From positions 1 through 48,941 of the forward strand of contig QPMI01000349.1 in assembly GCA_004431415.1 (NCBI GenBank): a stretch of DNA of 48,941 nt, read 5' to 3'. Below the pieces are notes generated by a model. The model did no database searches, was not told the DNA's origin, and was given only the letters and a program-made list of their open reading frames with translations. The DNA comes from Cyanophora paradoxa CCMP329 (lineage: Eukaryota; Plantae; Glaucophyta). How positions within the stretch are numbered: the stretch's first letter is position 1; every line of letters begins with the position of its first letter. The position numbers were made by a program, and so were the translations under genes. Positions 22,147-32,599 of this stretch are shown in pieces.

Positions 22147-24451
22147 TCAGGGGCGGGGGGAGGCGGGCGCGGGGGCGCTCTCCTCGCCGTACTTGCCGAG
22201 GAAGACGGAGTGGGCGGGGGCGTGGTTCCGCGTCGCGGCTCCCAGCGTGCGCCGCAGCACCGCCATCTCCAGCTCCAGGTTCACCTTCTCCAGCGCCCCC
22301 ATGTCGCTCCCCGCCCGCGGGTTCGGCTGCCCCGGGGTCAGGGGGGCGGGGGCGGGGGCGGGGCGGCGGGCGGCGGGCCTGGCGGCGGGCCTCGTCCTCG
22401 AGGCGGAGCATGAGGGAGACGAACTGGGGGTAGCGCGCCCCGTACTCCGCAACCCGCTCCACCACCGCCCCGAACAGCGCCTCCGCCCGCCCCCGGCCCC
22501 CGGGCCCCCGTTGGTCGGGTCCCCCACGCCGCCCCGCCCCGCCCGCCGCGCGCCCCGCGCCGCCGCCGTCGGGGCGGGGGCGGGGTCGGGGGCGTGAGGG
22601 GGCGCGGGGCGAGGCGGAGGCGTGGGCGCGGCGGGCCTCGCGCAGCTGCGCCGCCTCGCGCGCCTCGAACTCGCCCGTCCGCAGCTTCAGCCGCAGCTGC
22701 CCCCGCCTCAGCGCCCCGCACAGCGCCCCGGGGGGGCGGTGCGGCGGACCGTGCGCGAGTCGAGGTGGGAGTCCACCTTGCAGGAGATGGCGGCGTAGCG
22801 GCCGCCCCGGGGCGGGCTCTCCAGGGAGCGCCGGCGGGCGGCGCGGGCCTGGACGCGGCGAGCGAGGGCGGCGAGGGCCTCGAGGTGCGCCTCGTTGCGC
22901 TCCACCTCGTCCTCCGGCTGCCCCACCCTCAGCGCCCCGCCCCGCCCCGCGCCCCGCAGCGGGGCCAGAGGGCCGGGGCGCACGAGGTGGGGGATGGAGA
23001 GGGCGTGCTGCAGGGAGCGCTCGCTCGCCTCGCGCGCCACGAGGCCCCGCCCCGCCCGCAGCGCGGGCAGCGTCACCGCCCGGCGCCCCGCGGGGCGCGG
23101 CGAGCCCTCCCTGCCCCGGCACCCGCTCCCCGGCGACGGCGACGCGCTCGACGGCCGCCCCCGGGGGACGGCCCCGGCGACTCCGCGGCGCTCCGCGCGG
23201 AGGCCCGCGGGGAGGGCTCCGGGGAGGGCGGGGCCGGGGCCGGGCGGGGGCGTGGGGCTCGTGGCGGGCGGGGCGCTGGTCGGGGCGGCGCGGGCGGTGA
23301 GGCGGCGGAGGTGCGGGAGGGCGGCGAGGTCGGGGGCGGGGAGGCGGGCAACGGCGTACGCCATCGCGGCCTGCCACATCGCCGCCAGCGTCGCCTCGTC
23401 CGCCGCCCGCGCGAAGAGCGCCCCGGCCACCTCCAGCGCCGCCACGGGGCCGCCGGCGGCGAGCACCGAGGCCGTGCGCCGCCCCCGCGAGAGCAGCGCC
23501 AGCTCGCCCACCACCGCACGCGGGCCCACGCGCGCGACCACCAGCCCCCGGCCCCGGCCCCGACCCGCGGCGAGAGCAGCGCCGCCGCCCCGCGCGACGG
23601 CAGGCCGCCCACCGCCCGCACCACGTCTGCGCACGGGGCGACGGACGTGGGCTTGGGCGGCGGGGCGGGGCGGGGCGGGGCGGACTGCAGGCGCCCTCGC
23701 GGATGACGAAGAGGGAGGAGGCGGGGGCGCCCTCCTCGACCAGCGCCTCCCCGGCCCCGAAGCGCCGCCCCCGCGCTCCGAGCGCCAGCGCCAGCAGCCG
23801 CTCGTTCGGCAGCTGCCGGAACGCATCCACCCGCGCCAGCAGCTGCAGCCGGGCCCGCGCCTCCCGCAACCGCTCCCGCCCCAGCAGCGCCCCCACGCCC
23901 CCGCCCGCCGTCGCCACCGCCGCCCCTCGGGCCCCGCCGTGAGCGCACGCTGCCGGTACCCGCTGCCGGCGCCGAGAAGCCTGCCGCCGGCGAGGGGCGC
24001 CTCGCGGCGGCCCCCGGGGTGACTCACGCCGAGCTCCCCGGCGACGGTCACCCCCGCGAGCTCCTCCTCCCCGCCCGGCGCGCACAGCGCCGCGCCGGCC
24101 TCCAGCCGCCGCAGTTCCAGCAGCTGCCACAGCTCCCGCATCCCCTCCCCGCCGAGCACCGCCTCGAAGCCGCGCAGAAGCCCATCCACCCCCGGCGGCG
24201 GCGCCGACCGCGAGCCTCCCGGCTCCTGCAGCCACTCTAGCACCGGCTCGATTTGCCCTGCGCATGCCCCCGCGGTTACGCGAAGCCGGCGGCGGCCGCG
24301 CGCCGCGGGTAGCGCTGCGCGCACGGTCGGAGATAGGCACGCCGTCTGCGAGGAGCGCCGGGTCGGGCACGTCAAGCGCCTCAAGAGCGCCAGCGCCCTC
24401 CGCCTCTGAGAGCAGCCTCCACAGGCCGCGCAGGTCGCGCCTCCGGCTCAT
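22147..24451 (-). CDS. Cyclic-nucleotide-binding domain protein with C-terminal coiled coil; both ends approximate
   Basis: LLARVDAFRQLPNERLLALA...FGAGEALVEEGAPASSLFVIREGAC...VVGELALLSRGRRTASVLA is a CNB fold with phosphate-binding cassette. A degenerate first CNB lies upstream. Confidence 0.65.
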
Positions 24452-24807
24452 CTGTCTTGTGCGCGAACCAATTCCGAGGACCGCGAACCACGAGCCAGTT
24501 CCCAGCTAGCGTCCGCCTCCAGCAGCATGCTCCAGCATATACGGCCTCCTCGCGTATCGCGGCTACAGACTTCTCGATTTTGGACAGCTCCAAGGGGTCG
24601 GAGTTTGTAGATTTCTCGATACCCCAACGCTCCTTTGTCGCGATACCCCAAATCACACGAAAAACATTGTGCGGCCGCCCACCCGCCCGCTGGCGCTGCT
24701 TCCGGTGAGCGCTTTCGTCGCATTGATTTCTCGGAGTCGCAGGTCAGAGAGGTTGGGGAGTTTGACCACCGCGGCGCTCCTGGTGTTGACAGCGCTTACA
24801 GCGTGCG

Positions 24808-26048
24808 ATGACATCGATAGGCACAGGCGTAAGCAGCGCCCTGTCGATGGTACATCCCCGTTTGACGCCTGCGCAGTATGACCTCTCCCCCACGACATTC
24901 TCGCCGGATGGCCGTGTCTTTCAGGTCGAGTACGCACTGAAGGCCGTCGACAACAGCGGGTACGCGCCGCAGCGAGAGCTCCTTGCGCTCGTCGTGAGCC
25001 ACTGCGTAGTACCGCGGTCGGCATCAAGTGCAAAGATGGCGTCGTGCTGGGCGTGGAAAAGCTTGTGGTTTCCAAGATGCTCGTCGAGGGCACCAACAGG
25101 CGGATTATGACCGTGGATCGGAGCGCTGGCATCGTGCGCATCGCCCGGGCGCTCCAATGGTTTTCGGCGCACACTGACGTCGGCCCGGCACGCCTGCCCG
25201 CGCGCTTCGCAGGCTATTGCTGGCTTGGTAGCAGACGGTCGGGCGCTCGGGAATCGGGCGCGGGAGGAGGCGTCGCAATACAAGAACTTCTACCAGGAGC
25301 CCATTCCCGGCAAGGTGTGGACACGGAGGCTGCCAAGCGTTGCCTCCGCCCATTTCCGATCATTCGTCTGATACTTTCCCGTCTGCAGGTCCTGTGCGAG
25401 CGCGTGGCTGGTTACGCGCACATGTACACATTGTACTGGTCGGTGCGGCCGTTCGGCTCGTCTCTGCTGCTCGCGACGTACGACAAGGACGGTCCTCAAC
25501 TATACGGCATCGAGCCCTCGGGCATTTCCTACGTGCGTGCACCGCCCGCGGAGCTGGCTGTGGCGACGCGGCTGATGGGTGCGAGCAGAGGTACTTCGCG
25601 ACGGCGATAGGGAAGGGGAAGCAGCAGGCAAAGACGGAACTGGAGAAGCTGAAGCTCAACGAGATCACCTGCAGGGAGGCCGTAAAGGAGATCGCCAAGA
25701 TGTGCGCCCCGCCCCGCCCGCCCGCCCCTCTAAACCAACCGGCGAGGATGTTTTGTTAATTAGCTCTATCCGAACCGCGCGCGCCTCGTGCGCGCGCTTT
25801 GAGGTCAATCTTAACGCTGAGCCCTTCCTTTCTCCTCCCATCCCCCCCCGCGGCGCTTTTGGGGGGCGGGGCCGACGCTCTGGCGCAGCATCTACAAGGT
25901 GCACGACGAGGTGAAGGACAAGGCGTTCGAGCTGGAGGTGTCGTGGGTGTGCGAGGAGAGCGGGCGGCAGCACCAGCTCGTGCCCAAGGAGCTCAAGGAG
26001 GAGGCCGAGCGCGCCGCCAAGCAGATGCTCGCCGACATGGAGGACTAG
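24808..26048 (+). CDS. PSMA3: 20S proteasome subunit alpha type-3 (alpha7)
   Basis: MTSIGTG|[72 protein letters not shown]; six introns. Confidence 0.97.
25741..25823 (+). ncRNA. Candidate intronic box C/D snoRNA in the last PSMA3 intron
   Basis: Intron is about three times the usual length. Terminal GGC/GCC stem, C-like box AGGATG (25745), D' CCGA (25770), internal GC hairpin, D box CTGA (25817). ATTAGCTCTA just before D' is antisense to conserved 18S UAGAGCUAAU. Confidence 0.6.
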
Positions 26049-26177
26049 GCCCCCGCCGCCCCGCCTGCCCCCGCCGCCCCCGCCCCGAGCCCCTCCGCCC
26101 CTCCGCCCACCCTCCCGCCCCCGGCCGACCCCGTCCCGGCCGCCTCCCGCTCCCGCTCCCCTCGCTCCGTCTCCTCC

Positions 26178-26548
26178 CGTGTACATGTGTTTTTTCAGTG
26201 CGGACAGTCCGGTCTGCATGCGGCCGCTGCCTTGCTCAGCGCTCCGGCGGCGCCCCTTGACGACGCAATGCGTGGCGTGCATGGCCTCCGGAGTCGACCG
26301 GAATTAACGGACACGAATAGATAGTACAATAAGCTTCTGGATGGTGGAGCGGGGTGCGGGGGGCGGGCTCGAGCTCAGGCATCCTCGGGGGGGGGGGGGG
26401 GGGGGGGGGGGGTGCTGTCGGAGAGCTCGAGAAGCTCGAGAAGCATCTTGAAGGGCGTGCGGCCGAGGAGGGGGGCGGGGGCGGGGTGCCCCGCCCCGCC
26501 CCGAAGCTTAAGATCGGTGTCCTGCTGAACGCATCCACCCCGCTTCCT
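26178..26548 (-). repeat. Diverged direct duplicate of the last coding bases and 3' flank of the CUB gene (35443-35790), bracketing the 9 kb island
   Basis: Colinear match, e.g. TTTTTCAGTGC.GACAGTCCGGTCTGCATGC and GGCCGAGGAGGGGGGCGGGGGCGG, with transitions and 6-nt palindromic insertions. Confidence 0.9.
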
Positions 26549-26683
26549 GCGGCCGCCGGCGCAGGCCGTTCCCGATTTGATTACTTTCAGTACTCAAAAC
26601 AAAAGGGCATAGGCGACGAGCTTGGTGTACCTTACACCGCGGTTGGGCGGACCTTCGCAACCCTAACCCTAGGTTAGTCGGAG

Positions 26684-26941
26684 AGAGAGAGAGAGAGAGA
26701 GCAAGTAAAAGACACGCCCACACCAGCAAGACTGGAAGAAGAAGAAGAGTATGTATAAGACACGCCCAAGCCGGTTGTGCGGTTTTGACGAAAGGCGAAG
26801 GACCCGAAGGCCCGAAGCACCAGCAAGACTGGGTATGACAGAACCGCAGAGGCCCCTAAAGGAGCTTGCAAGGCTCCGTCAGGGACCCACTAGTGTGGGT
26901 AGTGATGATCATGAGAGATGCTCTCGAGAACCTGCGAAAGA
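26684..26941 (-). mobile_element. 5'-truncated copy of retroposon A2 with 16-bp TSD
   Basis: Reverse complement of ~31910-32062 including the (CT)n tail. TSD CCTAGGTTAGTCGGAG at 26668-26683 and 26942-26957. Confidence 0.9.
26736..26817 (-). mobile_element. 5'-truncated copy of retroposon B nested in the A2 fragment, 15-bp TSD
   Basis: Matches 28433-28506 with a (CTT)n tail. TSD CACCAGCAAGACTGG at 26721-26735 and 26818-26832. Confidence 0.9.
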
Positions 26942-28430
26942 CCTAGGTTAGTCGGAGCGACAGATTTCTCCCTCTTATAATGCCATTGCGCGCGGAGGTA
27001 TGGAGAAAACCTCTAGGGGAGGGTTCTGCCTTCATCTCCGGTCTCCTTCTACTCGTGCTCTTGATCACCTTCAGGCTGCTTCTGTTGTTATGGTGCACCC
27101 TCCTTCTGGTGATTCTCCTCCTTCCAGCTTTTTGTATGAATTCGGGTATCAGTCCCCCACACCTCGTATGCTTGACTCAGTGAGCTTGATGAGGCTCTTC
27201 GTTTCTAACGAAGAATTCCTCGATGAGCTTGTGGCTTTTGAGGCAGCCCTTCGATCTGAAGACGACCTTTATCTTTCTTCCAAATATGCCACATATCCTC
27301 ATTGGCTGTCAGATAAGGGTGTCACTGTGCGCTCCTCCCTTCTGGGGGATGGTGACTTCCCACGCCTTCTCGCAGTGGCTTTCCACTTGCCGGTCACATC
27401 TTGTTCTCCGACTATCTCTGAGTCTGTGGATAGATCTTCATATACCACTTTTTGCCGGCCAAATTTCCAGCCTTGGTCTACTGTGTCTGTGTCCTCTTCC
27501 CACTGCCGTTTTTCCCTGCTTGTAGAGGTTCCTGTCACTCATCCTCTCCACTTGGCCTCTCGTGGGCAGTATGACAAGCTAAAATCTTCTTTGGGCCATC
27601 CTACTAAGATTCAGTCTATTGGCCTACAGGGCCCTCATGGTGTTAGTCGATTTCATGTCAACTCTCCTCGTCCTGAGTTTGCTAGCGCCCCCTACTGGGC
27701 TTCCGTCGCTGATCCCACCCGCTCCTCCAACATGAATTACTTTTCTGCAAATACTGCAGCCAATTGCAGCCTCCCTGCAGTCCAGGAGTGTACCGATCAC
27801 ACCCATCCCATTCGTACTGCGTATTATACCATTCGGGCTCTTTCTGATTCTCGCATCCTGTATCATTTCCACCGTGATCCTACTTTCTACTTTTTGCCTG
27901 CTGCTGTTTCTGACGCTACTAAGTCTTTCCACATTAAGCAGAAGGGTCAGCATGTTGCAGATATCATTACTCGTGAGGCTCGTGATGCTCGTCAGTCTTC
28001 TAGCGCTGCTGCTTCATCCTCTGGTGTCCGTCGTTCTCCTTCTCCTCCTCCGAAGCGTGGCCGTTCTTCTGGAGGGAGCCATGGCTCTAAAGATGATATG
28101 GATGAGGCAGTTTTGTAAATTGATTGTGCTTGCTCCTGCTTCTACCTTTGTCTTGTGGGTTGCCACCCTCAATACCCCATGCGGCTCGATAGGGAGCGGG
28201 TCGTTTTGGGATTCGGGGTTTTCCATGGCGGGGACCCTGTGGGTCTCTGCATGGTTGCTCTCTTTTTGCTCTTTTGGCACAGGGGCTGTCGCCCCTGTCC
28301 CTAGCGGTGCGTACGCACATCACTACCTGTGCCAGGAAGGTCCCTGGCGTGCCTTGCACGTCCCTTTAGGGGCCTCTGCGGCGCTGCTATACCTTTTCAC
28401 CCTGGTCCACGGGCGTGTCTTTTGCTTCAT

Positions 28431-29622
28431 AAAGAAGAAGAGTATGTATAAGACACGCCCAAGCCAGCTGTACGGTTTTGACGAAAGGCGAAGGACCTGA
28501 AGGCCCAAGGCACAATCGACAGTGAACCAGCCAGACAAGGGTAGTGGCGGCGCAGACATGCGCCTATACAGTTCACCATGTATGCCCCGGCGGTCCGGCG
28601 CTCATACACGCAAACCTGGAAAGCAATCGGCGAAATCCCAATGCGGGCCTCTTCCTAATGCCGGCCTGGGGTATTCCCGATCCCGTTCACATTTGTAAGC
28701 CCGAATTGTAGTGATAGAGAGAGAAAGATTAAAGAACCATGTCATCAGCATCATCAACACAGTCAATGAGCACAACAGGAGAACCAGAATCGTCACTGAG
28801 AACCGAAAGGTCAGCAGGAGAGGAAAGATGCAAACGTTTAACGGAAGGAAGAAAAGATGGGTCACTGGATCCGTCCGTGAAACCATCAGAGAAGCAAGGA
28901 AGAGCAGGGGAAGAGGGTCGACGGCGCTTCAGGGTGAAACCAGGGAGCAAATCAAGGTCAGTGTCCATAGGAACAGAGGGAGAAGGAAGAGATGACGAAT
29001 GGCTCCCAACATCGTGAGCATCATCAGTGATGTCAGCAGCATCTACAGGAGAAGACAGAGGTAATTCAGCGTCGAGTTCGGGATCAAAGAGGTCAATAAT
29101 CACTTGAGGAGAGAGTGGAGGCGAACTGGTATCATCCACCGTGTCATCGACAACGTCAGACGCTGGCACAGGGGGTCCCAAATCATCGACACGGCGACGA
29201 CGAAGAGGCGGTTCGTCTTCAGTGTCGAAATCCGGCGGAGGGTGAGGGGGAGTGTGAGGGGGCGAAGGAGACGGAGGAAGCATAGGGTCAGGAGCAGGAG
29301 CAGGATCTGGTGCCCCAGGGGGGTCGTCGTCGTCCGAAGAGGTGCTAGTGGAAGAGTCATCAGGAGCATCAGGGCCCAGGTCTGAAAGGTCAGAGGAGTC
29401 CGAACCATCATCAGGGGGGGACATATACCCTGCAAGATCTTCCTTTTCAAGGCGTTGCAGCAGGACAGGCCGCACACTGGCATAGGCAAACTGAGCAACA
29501 AGGGGGCTAGGGGCCAGATCGGGGCTAGGAGCAGGCTGAGCGATATGTTCGCAATGCTCATAAGAGGCTAGGGAATGGTCATAAGCACGAGCAGCGTCCA
29601 AGAGATTAGCGCAAAATGAGGA
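28431..29622 (-). mobile_element. Retroposon family B, 5'-truncated, encoding an acidic Pro/Ser/Asp-rich C-terminus (open frame 29622 to 28729)
   Basis: TSD CTTTTGCTTCAT at 28419-28430 and 29623-29634. 3' end GGGCGTGTCTTATACATACT(CTT)n. The listed ATG at 29634 comes from the TSD. Confidence 0.85.
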
Positions 29623-29825
29623 CTTTTGCTTCATCTCTCTCTCTCTCTGCCTTTGCAGAATACAACCCGGCCCTCGTGCCCTCGGAACCTAGAATTTTGC
29701 CCGTCAGCGGAGCGAGTAACATCCAGTAAGGAACTTTTAGCAACAGCATATACCACTCCGCTTAGACTAGATTTAGCGTAACCCATATACCTTAACCTTC
29801 ACTTAGCTTAGCTAGTGCTCGTTAC

Positions 29826-32062
29826 CCCCCTCGTTGGCCATCGGCCCCATTTCTGGCCTCTGGCCCACATACCTCTCGCCCCGTGTGCACGGGTGCGCTC
29901 TTTACGCAGATCCTGGCCGCCAGCTGCGCGCTTAGACGCCGATTTGTGGCTCGCCCAGCCAACGTTCAAATCTTTCCATCTTGGACAATCCTGACCTTTG
30001 CTCCACTGTACGCAGCTTTTAGAATGTCCGCCAATCCGCCCCGTGCTCCGGGGCAGCGCCGCCAGCAGCAGGGACCGCCGCCGGCTCCCCGTGCACTTGA
30101 GGGTTCTGTGGAGGTTGCCGACTTCTTCGCTGTTGACGCTCAGTCACCATCGCTTTCGGGCAATTCCCGCGTCCCTGACTACCACCACCTTCCTCGCGTC
30201 CGCGAGTTTGCCGCGTTCATGACGCGGCCCGTCACCCGCAAGATTGGCGGCCTGCCCAAGTACATGCATGTTCAGACTGTCCTTGCCGATGCGCTTCGCT
30301 CTTGCAAGCCCTTCGATGATGTCTCCGTCGCCATGCGCTTCTGTATCCAGGAAGGTGTCATCGTGAATGAACCTGCAGACTTTGGCCGTGACCTCCCTGA
30401 ATCTGTCCGCCTCTCGGCCTTCCAGAACCGCCTTGCTCCCATCAATTCCATGTTCTCTCAGCACCCATGGTCCTCCTCCGCGAAGCACGGCTTTGTTAAG
30501 CAGTCCACTTCTCAGGATTCCTATAGTGGTGCTACCTTCAATGCTTTCACTTATCAGTTTTACTATCGCTCAGTTGTTGGTGGCTTTGGCGCCTATTTAG
30601 CTCATCATCGTACCTTGTCTTCGATTTTCAACTGTACTCCAATTTCTCACCCAGCTCGTACCATGCTTTCGACCCTCACTCCTTTGCAGACCAAGCCCCA
30701 TTTCCTTCAAGCATATGATGTCTTTTATGGCCTTAAGACTGTTGGTGTCTCTGATGTGGTAGACCAATTTTTCCCGATCGAGCTTTCTTATTATCAATCT
30801 GTTCTCCGTACTGCCCCTGAGTCCTCCAATGGTGCTGGCCCCTCTGGTGCTAAGCCACCCCGCTTCCTCATTCGCCTTGGCGCCCAAGCCTTCCTGGCTG
30901 AACTCAAAACGATGGCACTTAACCTTTCCAAGCCAGATTGTGTCTTTATGTCTTCGCTTCCTGTTGAGCGTGTAGAGCTGAATTCTGAGAACACCATCCC
31001 CTTCAATCCCTTCAAACTCGCTGGCTTGGATAAGTCCATTCCTTCTCCAGTTTTTCTGGCAGCTGCCTTTACTCAGCCTGTACTTGATATGGTCGCTAAG
31101 ACCACTTTCACTGGCTCTAGCTCCCGCTATGATCTTCTTTGTCGCCCTGAGCTTGGTGATTTCCCTGCTGCTCATACCGATCGTGCTCATCTTAGTCTCA
31201 TTTTGAAAGTGCCCTTGGCTTCTATGCTCTTCCAGAGCCTCGAGCGTCGTACTAGTTTCATCAAGCCTCGGCCCGCTCGGCCCTCGCCATGCGTTCCCTC
31301 ATGATTCTTGGCTCGGATAACTACATTCACAAATTTTATGTGCAGACTCTTCTTCCTGAGTACTCTTCTCTTGAGTATTATTCCTCTCTTGCTCACAATG
31401 GCAAGGCTCTCGATCCTTCTTCTTACTCTTTTGCCTCCACCTCTCCTTGCTACCAGATCCCTTGCCAGGAGCCTGACAAAAATTACAGTATTCTTGATGT
31501 TGATGAGCACACCTTCTTGTACCACTTCCATCAGGATCCCATGTTTTACTTTTTGCCTGCCTCTGTGCGCCCCCGACTCGATGCTTTTTATGATGAGGCT
31601 CGCAAGCAGCTGGCCCTTGAGAAATCGTTTTCTGATTCATTTGAGGAAGGTCAGCATCTCGATGGCACTGCCCGTAGCCCTAGTGCTAAGCGTTCTCGCC
31701 CCTCTGATCCCTCTACTCCTTCTGGTTCTAACGACACCATTGTGTAATTTTCTTCTGTACTTCTAATCTTGAATGATCATCTTTGGTTTCCCTCTCTCCC
31801 GTCTTCCCTAACACCCTGTCTGGCCTGTTAGGGAGCAGGTCAGTTCAGGAAGTTAGGGCTTTTTCTTTGCATGGGGTCCCTACGGCCCGGGTAGGGACTT
31901 TGTGCAGCTTGTCTTTTGCAGGTTCTCGAGAGCATCTCTCATCACTACCCACGCTAGTGGGTCCCTGACGGAGCCTTGCAAGCTCCTTTAGGGGCCTCTG
32001 CGGTTCTGTCATACCCAGTCTTGCTGGCGTGGGCGTGTCTTTTACTTGCTCTCTCTCTCTCT
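29826..32062 (+). mobile_element. Retroposon family A2, apparently full length (2.24 kb), no RT domain
   Basis: TSD CTAGTGCTCGTTAC at 29812-29825 and 32063-32076. 5' UTR, single intronless ORF, 3' GGGCGTGTCTTTT (32031) and (CT)n tail. Confidence 0.88.
30024..31747 (+). CDS. A2 ORF, ~570 aa unknown protein with one frameshift near 31265-31290
   Basis: ORFs 30024-31304 and 31289-31747 are jointly colinear with the A1 ORF: PVFLAAAFTQPV/PRLLAVAFHLPV, CRPE/CRPN, HLSLILKVPL/RFSLLVEVPV. Both end in SPS..KR NLS-like tails. Confidence 0.7.
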
Positions 32063-32444
32063 CTAGTGCTCGTTACGTATATGTGTCACACTAAATCCTT
32101 GTTCTGAGTAGTAGTAGGATGGATGCTTGAGCTGAATTAATACCGCGACAAAAAAAAAGGCCCGCCCCAGGCCTGGGCCCCGCAGCAGCACGTGGAAGGG
32201 TGGGCCGGGGCGCCCGGCCATCGGGGGCGGGGGGGTGGGCCGGGGCAGGGGCGATGTCTGTGGTTGCAATTGCTTTCCAGGTTTGCGTGCCACGTGTGTG
32301 AGCGCCGGACCACCGGGGCATACATGGTGAACCGTAGAAGCGTTTGCGCAGCCTCTACTCTTGTCTAGCTTGTTCACTATCAATTGTACGTTTTTTTTCG
32401 CCGCCACTGCTCTTGTCTAGCTAGTTCACTATCAATTGTGCCGT

Positions 32445-32523
32445 GGGCCTTCAGGACCTTAGCCTTTTGTCAAAACTGTACTGCTGGCTTGGGCGTGTTT
32501 TATACATATCGTCTTCTTCTTCC
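32445..32523 (+). mobile_element. Older 3' fragment of retroposon B
   Basis: Diverged reverse complement of 28433-28506, ending GGGCGTGTTTTATACATA..(CTT)n. No TSD recognised. Confidence 0.8.
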
Positions 32524-32599
32524 TAATGATTCTTCCTGATGGGGTGGAGGTGCTGCGAGCTCCTGCATGCCCAGCAGGGCCGGCCTCTCACCATTCATA

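Larger units (their letters stand above)
26552..28118 (+). pseudogene. A1 ORF, unknown protein, paralog of 30024-31747; uninterrupted from 27000
   Basis: Removing the 26684-26957 insert puts RFDYFQYSKQKG..TLTLG*SERQISPSY in frame with the 372-aa ORF (one TAG). Shares LYHFHxDPxFYFLPAxV with the A2 ORF. Confidence 0.7.
26552..29648 (+). mobile_element. Retroposon family A1: 5'-truncated, intronless ORF, (CT)7 tail; interrupted by nested insertions
   Basis: 3' UTR carries CCTTTAGGGGCCTCTGCGG and GGGCGTGTCTTTT (28411). Its tail at 29635-29648 is displaced by the family B insertion. Confidence 0.75.

Noticed and set aside
26660-26671. Telomeric repeat CCCTAACCCTA
   Set aside because: Fewer than two full units, and they fall in codons of the A1 reading frame.
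26780-26820. Hammerhead ribozyme in the family B 3' end (TTGACGA...GAA)
   Set aside because: It lacks an exact CUGANGA/GAAA core with supporting stems, and it lies on the antisense strand of the element.
26552-32062. Directly integrated segmented RNA virus with conserved termini
   Set aside because: TSDs, microsatellite tails and repeated 5'-truncated copies indicate retrotransposition, and no RdRp motifs are seen. A viral origin of the cargo ORF is not excluded.
32358-32439. 30-bp direct repeat CTCTTGTCTAGCT.GTTCACTATCAATTGT as a TSD or element end
   Set aside because: The spacer is only ~22 nt with no element features, so it cannot be interpreted.
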